Origin: Squalus acanthias
Lineage: Eukaryota
NCBI GenBank assembly: GCA_030390025.1
Contig: CM059438.1
Location: forward strand, 77,376,001 to 77,440,000
DNA: 64,000 nucleotides
Reading direction: 5' to 3'
Part shown: positions 26,985 to 38,788 of the stretch, one piece after another
Position numbering within the stretch: the stretch's first letter is position 1
How the letters are laid out: each line of letters starts with the position of its first letter
Program-made: the position numbers and the translations under genes
The notes under the pieces: generated by a model
Told to the model about the DNA's origin: nothing
What the model saw: the letters and a program-made list of their open reading frames with translations, nothing else
Database searches by the model: none

Positions 26985-27855
26985 CACACTGCTCGTCCGA
27001 CTTCCATTACTGGGTGAGCAGAAATTTTCTCCAACTAAATATTGGGAATATTGAAGCATTGTCATCGGTCCCCGTCACAAACTCCGTTCCCTAGCCACCG
27101 ACTCCGTCTCTCCCTGGCAACTGTCTGAGGCTGCACCAGACTGTTTGCAACCTTGGTCTCGTATTTGACCCCGAGATGAGCTTCTAACCGCATATCTGCG
27201 CCATCACTAAGACTGCCTACTTCCACCTCCGTAACATCGCCCAACTCTGCCCCTGCCTCAGCTCCTCTGCTGCTGAAACCCTCATCCATGACTTTGTTAC
27301 CTCCTAGACTTGACTATTCCAATGCACCCCTGGCCAGCCACCCATCTTCCACCCTCCACAAACTTGAGTTCATTCAAAACCCTGCTGTGCGTATCCTAAC
27401 TTGCACCAAGTTCCTTTCACCCATCACCCCTGTGCTTGCTGACTATATTAACTCCCGGTCCAACAACGCCTCAGTTATAAAATTCTCATCCTTTGTTTTC
27501 AAATCCCTCCATGGCCTCGTCCCTCCTTACCTCTGTAGTCTCCTCCATCCCTACAATCCTCCGAGATTCTTCGATCTTCAAATAGTGGCCTCTTGCGCAT
27601 CCCCGATTCTAATCGCTCCACCATTTGGTGGTCGTACTTTCAGCTGTCGAGACCCTAAGCGCTGGAATTCTCTCCCTTAAATCTCTCCGCCCTCCCCTCT
27701 CCTCCTTTTAAGACACTCCTTAAAACCTACCTCTTTGAGCAAGCTTTTGGTCACCTGCCCTAATGTCTGCTTCTTTGGCTCTGTCAATTTTTGTCTGATT
27801 CTGGTCCTGTACATTGGGATGTGTTAAAGGTGCTATATAAATGCAAGTTGTTAAT
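26985..27855 (+). mobile_element. L2 LINE 3' portion
   Basis: RLDYSNA.LA...LHKLEFIQNPAVRILT; tail ggtgctatataaatgcaagttgtt. Confidence 0.9.
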
Positions 27856-28021
27856 TTTACTGCTAGCTCTTTTGAAGTTTTTGTGCTCATATTAAGGAAG
27901 AATGTTGGCACAAGAGAATGGAATACTTTCCCATTTCAAGGATGCAATGTCAGCAGTAAGCACTGCGAGCTTAGGTTTCGCTTGGATAACTAGAGTCAAA
28001 CTTTTTTAACTCTACAATAAT

Positions 28022-28760
28022 GGCCTGTAATTTGCGGTCAGCGGCGATGCGACGGCTATTGCTGCTGGCCTAGAAGAAAGCTGCCCACAAAGATTTCGCG
28101 ATCTCTGGCGAAAACTTCAGGTTTCTCAACGTGTAATTCATTGTAGCGTTGTCAGTAGGTGATTCCGAGTGTGATGCAGCAGTGACGTCATCAAGCTGTC
28201 TAAGCAGTCACTCGCATTGAAGAATTCTCACAGACAGCAAACCAGGAAATAGAAAGCAGATTTATCCTCCCTTTTTAAAAAATATTAGAGCAAAATAAAG
28301 ATTGGGATATACACATGGGGTTAAGGTAGAAACTGAAATATCATGAACAAACTTTTAAAAAAAATTAAAAACATTTTTAATTGCAATTTTTATCAACATG
28401 GAGAAATTTGACATTAGTTTCTCAGTGCCAGAACGGTTGTTTAGTAGTTAATACGCTGTTAAAACCCCAGTTACACCTATTCCAACAAGGCTTAACATTT
28501 AATGGGGTATTTAACAGCAATATTAGTTCATAGCTCAAGTTTTCATCAGTTCCTCTGATTTCACTGATTGCCAGCTATGGGGAGAGAGGGGGTGCACTGG
28601 AGTGCAGCCTGTGTCAGAGCAGTGAATGACTGACCGCAACTTCAGGATTTCCACGTTTAGATGCGCATGAGCTAAATCCTGAAGTTGCAATCCGTTTCAG
28701 CGAGGTAATGATGGTAAACACTGATAGTTCGCCGTCATTACCCACTGCAAAATTCGGGCC
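28022..28760. mobile_element. PIF/Harbinger-like MITE, AAT TSD
   Basis: TIRs ggcctgtaatttgcggt / actgcaaaattcgggcc (13/17), aat on both flanks. Confidence 0.75.
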
Positions 28761-28929
28761 AATGTGTCATAACCACAACCTCAACAGATACCCGAATGTT
28801 CCAGTTGGATGTTTCCATTTCCTAAATCAGCCATTATTGTGTCCTTTACATGAGATTGTCACTTAATACAGAATAAGCAGTGCTGGATTCAGGAACTGGG
28901 TTGACGGTGCTTGTTCATTTTCCCACAGT

Positions 28930-29372
28930 GTCAGCTGTGGCTCAGTTGGTAGCACACTTGCCTCTTGAGTCTAGAAGGTTGTGGGTTCAAGTCCCACTCC
29001 AGGAACTCTAGCACATAAAACTAGGCTGACACTCCAGTGTAGTGCTGAGGGAATGCTGTATTGTCGGATGTGATGTCTTTAGAATGAGACGTTAAACCGA
29101 GGCCCTGTCTGCTCTCTCAGGTGGACGTAAAAGATACCATGGCACTATTTTGAAGAAGAGTAGGGGAGTTATCCCCGGTGTCCTGGCCGACCAATATTTA
29201 TCCCTCAACCGACATAATGAAAACAGTTTATCTGGTCATTATCACATTGCTGTTTGTGGGAGCTTGCTGTGTGCAAATTGGCTGCTGCGTTTCCCACATT
29301 ACAACAGTGACTACACTTCAAAGAGTACTTTGTTGGCTGTGAAGCGCTTGAGATGTCTGAAGTCCTGCTATA
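28930..29372 (+). mobile_element. Near full-length tRNA-derived DeuSINE (SacSINE1-like)
   Basis: A box tggctcagttgg, B box gggttcaagtccc, Deu core gagacgttaaaccgagg..catggcactattt..ccccggtgtcctggcc. Confidence 0.88.
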
Positions 29373-29730
29373 AATTTAGCAGGAAGACTGTGGAATGTCT
29401 GAACAGTCGTTTACATGTTTGTCTGAGGGTTCCGCTGTTGTTCCTCCTAAAGTTACAGTGGGAGAGCGGGACAACTCCCATGAAAATTCAGGGCCCATCT
29501 TTTTTCCTTTTTTTTAATTGAAACTGGTTTTGAAAATTGTTTTGCTGGACTTTCATCCCCACTAAACAGGCAATAGGATCTCCATTTTCTTTTATGCACT
29601 CTATTGTGCGAAAGTGTGTTTTTGGTGGGGGGGGGGGGTGGTAGGGGTGGGGGCGGAAGGGGAAATGTTTTATACTTATTGAAAATACAATTTACTGGAA
29701 TAACATTTTTTTTCCCTTTTCTGTAACTAG

Positions 29731-29897
29731 GATGTTAAAACTACCCAGGCAGAATTGGAAAAGATGGCCACTATTGCAGAGCAGGAGAAGATTCGGAGTA
29801 TGAACCTAGAGAAGCAGATTCTGGCAATTAACAAACAGAACCGTATGGGATTGCCTTTGTCCCCAGAACAAAGCAAGAACCTTGCAGACACCGAACA
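29731..29897 (+). CDS. CDK5RAP2: CDK5RAP2 exon 7 (167 nt, DVKTTQAELEKMATIAEQEK...)
   Basis: Pyrimidine tract + ctag acceptor, gtcagt donor in phase 2 matching the next exon. Confidence 0.88.
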
Positions 29898-31498
29898 GTC
29901 AGTTATTTTGTATTTTGGTTTTTCAATGTCAAAACATACTCTTATTTCATTGGGCCAGAATTTGAGATGGGTATGAGTACACCGTCATACTGCCTTTTGA
30001 AATGGACTGCAAATTCGGGATTTCCGCATGTGTTAAATCCCAAACTTTCGATCTGTCAAATTACAACTTGACAGATCATCCGCTCAGCCTTGGAAATCCC
30101 AATTGCCAGCGCAGAGTTGGGCTAATTGCCCAGCAATTAGGTGTGAAAATTTTACGGCTGATGCAAGCAGGCACAAGGCCTGTTTGCATCAGCATAAGGG
30201 AATTGGATAGAGACAGTTACACATTCTATTAACTCCGGAATGTGATGTAATGAATTGTAAAACTGTCCGAAACACCTCCAAGGGTTAATGTACAGCTTTT
30301 TCAGATCCTAACGCGATCATATTACTATAACATCAGTGCCGATTATTATATCAGCGCAGAACACTAATCACTATTTGTGTTTTTACAGTAACTAATCCCA
30401 CATCTTCAGAGCTTTGTTTGGGCTCTGTTGTATTTATGTCTGTACCAACTGTCCATGTTAATACGGTCAGATATTTCTGCTTCTTATAGATGTATTTTAT
30501 ATGAAATTTCAGAGCTTGAATGATTTTTCAGAACTCTAATTCCTAAATTAGATTTAAGAATTAATTCCCAAATAATTAGTGTGTGTGTGTGTCATTTTGG
30601 AACTATTTATTCTCCTAGTCATTATAATTAATCTGAAAATACATCCAAAGTGAGAGATGCAAAGCAGCATATTTTTAATTTGTGGTCAGTTCCGGGCCAT
30701 TAACTCCTCTGTCTAGTGATATAACCTGCTCTTCAATTACAAGAAATGTAGTAGTGAATACAAGCATGGTGCCTCATAGCCCTTGAATATTAAATATATC
30801 CCTTCAATATTAAAGTAAAAGCTAAATGGAAAAATAATATAAGATATTCACGTTATCTTTGCAGATAGTTCTGTAAAAATATAACGTTGGGTGAAATGCA
30901 ATATATTGAAGTAGAACATTGCTAGTATTGGAGGTAGACACTTTCCCTTCGGTGTACCAAGCCCACGTGATCCCAGGTACGCTTCCACACACGCGCCACT
31001 GGGATCCTTGGGCCATTACGCTGCCCTCGAGTACGCAGTGTCAGAGAACAAGTTCGCAAAGGAGGGACCCCATCAGGTAAGTTCGCATTCTATTTGGATG
31101 CCGGCAGCGTACTCCGTAGGTAGCCCACAGACAGCAAAATCTGCCCCATTATGTCCTGATATTAGTTTAATTTGTTGCAATGCATTGCCAGTTTTGCTAA
31201 GAAAATACATGCATCTGAATTTGCAAAAAAACTTGTAGCCTCTTTAATTTAGTCCTGCTGTAAAGGAGCCTAAATGTCAGTGTTTAATAAGGAATAGTTA
31301 ATAATATGACGTAAGTGCTGTAATGGTGATATTCTGTTCAAAGCACAATTCCCAGTATATGAGGAAGCTAATCAATAGAACAATATTCAATAAATTTAGG
31401 GGTTCGAGTATCTGGCTCTTTTCACTGAACACTTTCTGTGTAATGTGTGCGTTTAGCTTTGTGGAATAATGTATAAAGTTATATTTAATAATTTTTAG

Positions 31499-31655
31499 GC
31501 TAATTGAACAGCTTAGCGAGACCATAAAGAGCAAGGATCTTCTTATTGATCAGCTTCAAAATGAAAAGGCAAAGATGCAGGACAGCCATGTGGATCCTTC
31601 AGAAAAGATCCAGGAACTTAGTGAGGCTCTTATGAAGAAAGCTGGTGAAACGGAA
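31499..31655 (+). CDS. CDK5RAP2: CDK5RAP2 exon 8 (157 nt, LIEQLSETIKSKDLLIDQLQNEK...)
   Basis: tttttag / gtaggt; coiled coil, phase consistent. Confidence 0.9.
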
Positions 31656-32504
31656 GTAGGTGACCTCTTAACCCTTCGTTCATACTGGTTCCAATAGTAA
31701 TACACAAGTGCTCTTGTATTTCATAAGTCATCATTACAATATAAAGAGTAAACCTCAATGTGCCATTTACGAAAACTAAATTTATGTTTCAACTTGACTA
31801 ACCTACATTAATCAGGATTTTCTGTTTCCGTGCTCACCAGCGCATGATTTTTCCATGGATTTGCTTTAATGGACAAAATAGAGGACTGGCAAGTGCAGAA
31901 GCAGAAAACCCCATCCAGCATCTTTTGTGGCTTTCTTGAGCCCTAAATATAGTAATATGTAATAGAATGGACACTGACGCTGTTTTTGGATTGAAGGAAG
32001 AATTATTTTAGGGCTGATTTCACAAAGGTCCACTGCATGGTCTTCCCAACGTCCTGAAAGAGTACTCTTCTTGGGACCCATTATTTTAGCTGAGGAGACA
32101 GGTTACACTGTCAAATTAATATAGTCCACCTAACTTTTTTTGGTTTGCAGGGTAAAATGACCAGGCTTGGTTTTACTTCCTCTTAGAAATTGGGAGTATT
32201 GCCAGATCTTAAATTAGTACCTGCGTCTTTCACCACTAACCAAGTTCCTGACACCAGCCCATACCATCTGGTGGATGCACTGAGCTGTTGCCAGACATCT
32301 CAATGAGGGGGAGTAAAACTGGAAGATGAAATGCCCTTGGATATGCTGGTACATCACTTGGAAATCAACTGTTGTGTGAAGCTCCAGAGACTTGACTGCC
32401 AGAGGCTTGCTCCAGTTGGAGGCTTCCTGCCTGAATTGAAGAATAGTGTATGGCACAGTGGGAGGGGGTCCCTAAAGAAGGCAGACCACTTTAAAATAAT
32501 CATA

Positions 32505-33625
32505 GCGCTCACCCTCCGTAAGCTCCCCGTTGGAGTGGAGCTAACTTACAGAACAAACGGGAAACTGTTCAACCTCCGTCGCCTCCAGTCCAGATCCAAG
32601 GTCGTCCCATCCTCTGTCGTCGAATTACAGTAGGCAGACAACGCTTGCGTCTGCGCTCACACTGAGGTCGAACTCCAAACCATCGTCAACACCTTCACCA
32701 AAGCATACGAGAGCATAGGCCTTACACTCAACATCCGTAAGGCAAAGGTCCTCTACCAACCTGCCCCCACCTCACAGTACTGCCCCCCGATTATCAAAAT
32801 CCACGACAAGGCCTTGGACAACGTGGACCACTTTCCATACCTCGGGAGCCTACTGTCAACAAGGGCAGACGTCGATGACTAAGTCCAACACTGCCTTCAG
32901 TGTGCCAGTGCAGCCTTTGGTCGCCTGAGGGGAGAGTGTTTTAAGACCAGGACCTCAAACCCGGCACTAAGCTCATGGTGTACAGAGCAACAGTGATACC
33001 TGCCCTGCTGTATGCCTCAGAGACATGGACCATGTACAGCAGGCACCTCAAAGCACTGGAGAGGTACCATCAACACTGCCTCCGCAAGATCCTGCAAATC
33101 CATTGGCAGATAGGCGCACCAACGTCCGTGTTCTTGCTCAGGCCAACATCCCCAGCATCGAAGCTTTGACCACGCTCGATCAGCTCCGATGGACGGGTCA
33201 CATCGTCCGCATGCCCGATACGAGACTCTCAAAACAAGCGCTCTACTCTGAGCTCTGATACGGCAAGAGAGCCCCAGGTGGGCAGAGGAAACGCGTCAAG
33301 GACACCCTCAAAGCCTCCTTGGAAAAAGTGCAACATCCCCACCGACACCTGGGAATCCCTGGCCCAAGACTGCACAAAGTGGAGGAGAAGCATCCGGGAA
33401 GGTGCCGAACACCTCGAGTCTCTTCGCCGGGAGCAAGCGGAAGCCAAGCGCAAGGAGCGCACGTCAACCCAAGCACCCCACCCACCCGCCCCTTCAACCA
33501 CCGTCTGCCCCACCTGTGACCGAGACTGTAGGTCCTGCATTGGCCTCATCAGTCACCTGAGAACTCATATATTTTTAATGTGGAAGCAAGTCATCCTCGG
33601 TTCAGAGGGACTGCCGAAGAAGAGA
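32505..33625 (+). mobile_element. RTE-clade (BovB-related) LINE, 5'-truncated, frameshifted
   Basis: YRTNGKLFNLRRL; VYRATVIPALLYASETW; QLRWTGHIVRMPDTRL; C-terminal CPTCDRDC..HLRTH. Confidence 0.92.
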
Positions 33626-33751
33626 GTCATAAAAATACAATACTGGAAGTTTACTGTTGTCTTTCATGACCCACCTTAAGGTTAGGTTTTTAAAATACAT
33701 AAAAATCAGTTTTTAGGAATATATTCCTGTAACAAGTTATGAAGTGCTGCA

Positions 33752-36410
33752 TTTTTTTTTTTCGTTCATGGGATGTGGGCGTTGCTGGCAAGGCCAGCAT
33801 TTATTGCCCATCCCTAATTGCCCTCGAAGGTGGTGGTGAGCTGCTGACTTAAACCGCTGCAGTCCGTGTGGTGAAGGTACTCCCACAGTGCTGTTAGGGA
33901 GGGAATTCCAGGATTTTGACCCAGCGATGATGAAGGAACAGCGATTATATTTCCAAGTCAGGATGGTGTGTGACTTGGAGGGGAACTTGGAGGTGGTGGT
34001 GTTCCCATGCGCTGTTGCCCTTGTCCTTCTAGGTGGTAGAAGTCACGGGTTTGGGAGGTGCTGCCGAAGAAGCCTTGGCGAGTTGCTGCAGTGCATCTTG
34101 TAGATGGTACACACTGTAGCCACGGTACGTCGGTGGTGGAGGGAGTGAATGTTTAAGGTGGTGGATCGGGTGCCAATCAAGCGGGCTGCTTTGTCCTGGA
34201 TGGTAATGAGCTTCTTGAGTGTTGTTGGAGCTGCACTCATCCAGTCAAGTGGAGAGTATTCCATCACACTCCTGACATGTGCCTTGTAGATGGCGGAAAG
34301 GCTTTGGAGAGTCAGGAGGTGAGACACTCGCCACAGAATACCAGCCTCTGACCTGCTCTTGTTGCCACAGTATTTATATGACTGGTCCAGTTAAGTTTCC
34401 AGTCAATGATCACCCCAGGATGTTAATAGTGGGGAATTCGGCGATGGTAATGCTGTTGAATGTCAAGGGGTGGTGGTTAGACTCTCACTTATGGAGATCG
34501 TCATTGCCTGGCATTTGTGTGGCGCGAATGTTACTTGCCACTTATCAGCCCAAGCCTAAATGTCATCCAGGTCTTGTTGCATTCGGGCATGGACTGCTTC
34601 ATTATCTGAGGAGTTGCGAATGGAACTGAACACTGTGCAATCATCAGCGAACATCCCCACTTCTGACCTTATGATGGAGAGAGGTCATTGAAGCAGCTGA
34701 AGATGGTTGGGCCTAGGACACTGCCCTGAGGAACTCCTGCAGCGATGTCCTGGGGCTGTGATGATTGACCTCCAATAACCACAACCATCTTCCTTTTGTG
34801 CGAGGTATGACTCCAGCCAGTGGAGAGTTTTCCCCCAATTCCTATTGACTTCAATTTTACTGGGGCTCCTTGATGCCACACTCTGTCAAATGCTGCCTTG
34901 ATGTCAAGGGCAGTCACTCTTACCTCACCTCTGGAATTCAGCTCTTTTTTTGTCCATGTTTGGACCAAAGCTGTAATGAGGTCTGGAGCTGAGTGGTCCT
35001 GGCAGTACCCAAACTGTTGGTGAGTAAATGCCGCTAGATAGCACTGTCGACGACACCTTCCATCACTTTGCTGATGATTGAGAGTAGACTGATGGGGTGG
35101 TAAGTGGCCAGATTGGATTTGTCCTGCTTTTTGTGGACAGGACATACCTGGGCAGTTTTCCACATTGTCGGGTAGATGCCAGTGTTGTAGCTGTACTGGA
35201 ATAGCTTGGCTAGAGGCGCGGCTAGTTCTGGAGCACAAGTCTTCAGCACGACAGCCGGGATGTTGTCTGGGCCCGCAGCCTTTGCTGTATCCAGTGCACT
35301 CAGCCATTTCTTGATCTCGCGTGGAGTGAATCGAAATGGCTGAAGACTGGCTTCTGTTATGGTGGTGACCTCCCAGAGGCTGAAGATGGTTGCAAACGCT
35401 TCAGCCTTGTCTTTTGCACTCGCGTGCCATCATCATTGAGGATGGGGATATTCATGGAGCCTCCTCCTCCTCCCGCTAGTTGTTTAATTGTCCACCACCA
35501 TTCACTACTGGATGTGGCAGGACTGCAGAGCTTTGATCTGATCAGTTGATTGATTGTGGGATCACTTAGCTCTGTCTATAGCATGCTACTTCCGCTGATT
35601 AGCCTGCATGTAGTCCTGTGTTGCAGCTTTCCCAGGTTGGCACCTCATACTTTTTTTTAGGTACGCCTGGTGCTGCTCCTGGCATGCTCTTCTGCACTCC
35701 GCATTGAACCAAGGTTGGTTCCCTGGCTTGATGGTAATGGTAGAGTGAGGGATATGCCGGGCCATGAGGTTACAGATTGTGGTGGAATAGAATTCTGCTG
35801 CTGCTAATGGCCCACAACACCTCATGGATGCCCAGTTTTGACCAGCAAGATATATTCTGAATCTATCCCATTTAGCACGGTGTTAGTGCCACATAACACG
35901 ATGGAGGGTGTCATCAGTGTGAAGATGGGACTTCGTCTCCAGAAGGACTGTACGGTGATCACTGCTACCACTGCTGTCATGGACAAATGCATCTGCGACA
36001 GGTAGATTGGTGAGAACGAGGTCAAGTATGTGTTTCCCTCGTATTGGTTCTCTCACCTGCTGTAGACCCAGTCTGGCAGCTATGTCCTTCAGGGCTTGGT
36101 CAGTAGTGGTGCTACCGAGCCACTCTTGATGGACATTGAAGTCCCCCACCCAGAGTACATTCTGTGCCCTTGCTACCCTCTGTGCTTCTTTCAAGTGGTG
36201 TTCAATATGGAGGAGTACTGATTCATCAGCTGAGGGAGGGCGGTAGGTGGTAATCAGCAGGAGGTTTCCTTACCTACGCTTGACCGGAATCGATGTTGAG
36301 CACTCCCAGGGCCACTCCCTCCCGACTGTATACCACTGTGCCACCACCTCTGGTGGGTCTGTCCTGCCGATGGGACAGGACATACCCAGGGATGGTAATG
36401 GAGGAGTCCT
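33752..36410 (-). mobile_element. APE+RT LINE of the CR1/L2-Jockey group (distinct from canonical CR1), decayed ORF2, poly(A) tail
   Basis: VGDFNVH and SSDHR (endonuclease), ALDIKAAFDRVWH, GVPQGSVLGP (RT); T-run at 33752-33762. Confidence 0.9.
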
Positions 36411-37400
36411 ATAGTAGGACGTCACTGCTGAACTCCAACCTACCAAAATGTCTAGATTTAATGAAATTCAGGTAGCTCATTGTCCTGTGAGTAGTTTGTT
36501 ACACTAATAATGACGCTGGATTCAGCTGTTAGAATTTCACAGGCCTAGTCAACTTCCTTCTCCACACTGCCACCAGCAAATGGACAGTGCTGAGAACAGG
36601 CCCATCAGGCCTGTGGAATTCACTCAAACCCAATCATAACAATGGCGTAACATACATCACAGTAAATACAAACCAAATATTGCCTACTGGTGCTGGGAGG
36701 CCTTTGTTCAATCTGAAGTTTTGGTACATTGAGGCCCTACTTTGCAACTCCAGAGCAGCAGAATTTTCACCATACCAAACTAAGATTGGTCCCGATTTAC
36801 TTTGGAAGATTGAGGTCCTACTATAGTAAAGTACACTTTTGGTTTCTCTTTTTGTTTTGCTTTAAGTCAAGGTTACGATTGTCATAAAATGTATCATTAT
36901 TCATGCTGTTGATCAAAAATGCCATATTATTACAGAATTAAGTTGTTGAAAAACATTCAGTTGTTAATGTAAAAAGGTAAACTGATAAAATGAACAAAGT
37001 GCTTTGTTTGATTTGGAAAAATCGAGTGATAGATTTTGTATGGTTTATTGAACTACAAACCGATGCACGGAGTTGTTCAATGTTCAAGAAAGAGAAGAAT
37101 AATCAATTCTGCCAAACAAAAAGGGAGCTACATTAAGATTTATATACAAACCAGAAGCAATACCCACACTCATTGATAACTGAAATCTATCTATCTAACT
37201 CAGCAGGGCACAAGCTACCTTTTTAGGATTTGTATGTTATTAATTGAGTCACCACACTGGAGAATAACTAACTTTGCTTTGTATAAGTGCTTAAATGAAT
37301 TATAGCACATGAACATTCATAAAGTATTATTAAAAAAAGTTTTATTTTTACCAGCATTATGAATAAATTTTATCCCCCTCATTTTCCCTCCTTTAAACAG

Positions 37401-37454
37401 GCCCTTCGAGGTGAGCTTGGAAATGAGAGAAATCGCTTTGAAAAGGAAATGCAG
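37401..37454 (+). CDS. CDK5RAP2: CDK5RAP2 exon 9 (54 nt, ALRGELGNERNRFEKEMQ)
   Basis: aaacag / gtactt; ERNxFE motif, phase 0-0. Confidence 0.88.
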
Positions 37455-38121
37455 GTACTTGTCCTTTTATGTATATTGTGTCAAATACAAAGAAATCTGC
37501 ATTTTTAGCATGCAGTTGAACATGCCATCGCTTGGGTTATCCATACTTTTTCGTATCTTTGGTTTGTCTTGTGACTCGAATTCTGTCAGGAACTGGAAAT
37601 GCATTATTTCTGCATCTCGTGATGTCTCTGCTCGGCCTTACTTCCCTCTCTGATGTATTTCTCCACTTTTTTAAAACTGGTCAGGCACAGTTGTCTGGCA
37701 AGTGGCATTTGACATTCAAATAGGGTTTGTTCAGAATGGGAGACTTTCAGGAACTGGGTCAGATAAGTAAAACTGAGCGAAATCTCTCTTTGTACATTCC
37801 ATCTAGCAACAGTATTGCTAGGTACTAGGGGCTCTTGCATTTCAGTGATGTTTATTCAGTGCCTGACACTAACTGGTTCTCCATGAGCGAAGCTGTGATA
37901 TTTGAATAGAAATTACCACAGTTAAGAAGTGATGGGATAACTTTTCCTTGCTTAAGATTTATTTCTTGGAGTGAGCTGAACATTTCTGTTGTCTTTACAC
38001 TGTATAACTTTGTGTGAGATCATGAGAAACCATGTATGGCTGTCTTGAACATTTTATAGCAGGTGTCAAATTGGTGAAAAGTTTGTTATAACATACTGTC
38101 TAAGCTTGGAACTTAGATATT

Positions 38122-38788
38122 GGGCCAGAAATTCGGGTCGGAGGCTTCCCGCGAGTGCAAGCCCCCAACCTGCGTGGGATTCCGATCCTGGGCCTCCTCC
38201 AGCTGCCGGTGTGCAGTGCTTGCGTATCCCAGGGGCGCAGTTAGTTCGAAGCGTCCCCTGGGATCACGTGGGCCATGGAGATCCAATCGGAGCAGGGAAT
38301 CTCCATTCATAGATTTGACAAGACCAGTCAAATCTATGAATAGCGATCGGCCCCAAAACCTAACTAAAACTTCAATTTATTTTTTTAAATCACATTTTTA
38401 AAATAACTATAAATTACATTTTTTTTAATTAAATTTTTGAAAAAATTAATTACAGTTTTTAACGGGACTAAAAATAAACTTACCTTTCTTTAAAGTATTT
38501 TTAAATGATAAATCAGTGGTGAACTCTTATCCTGGTAAAAGCAGGCCTTGCGCCTGCTTTTACCAGGCGCAAGAATTGTAAGTGTTTTCTGTGGGCGGAG
38601 GGTCTCCAAAAAGCGGAACTATCCGCTCGCAGAGGCCCTTCTCCCAGGCAGCCGGAGGATCTGTCAAGAGCTTTCTTGACAGATCGGAAATGTCGGTTTC
38701 CAGTGCATGCCTGAAACTGGCATTTCCAATGTCCCTATGGGTGGGTACACAGCGCGTACCCACCCGTAGGGATCGGAATATCCGGCTC
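38122..38788. mobile_element. PIF/Harbinger-like MITE, ATT TSD
   Basis: att|gggccagaaattc ... gaatatccggctc|att; homologous to 12851-13583. Confidence 0.8.

Noticed and set aside
28930-29010. tRNA gene (also 56893-56960 and 25860-25925)
   Set aside because: A/B boxes belong to SINE heads; no complete cloverleaf
33752-36410. Active reverse transcriptase gene (also 58905-60880)
   Set aside because: Fragmented by stops and frameshifts and 5'-truncated
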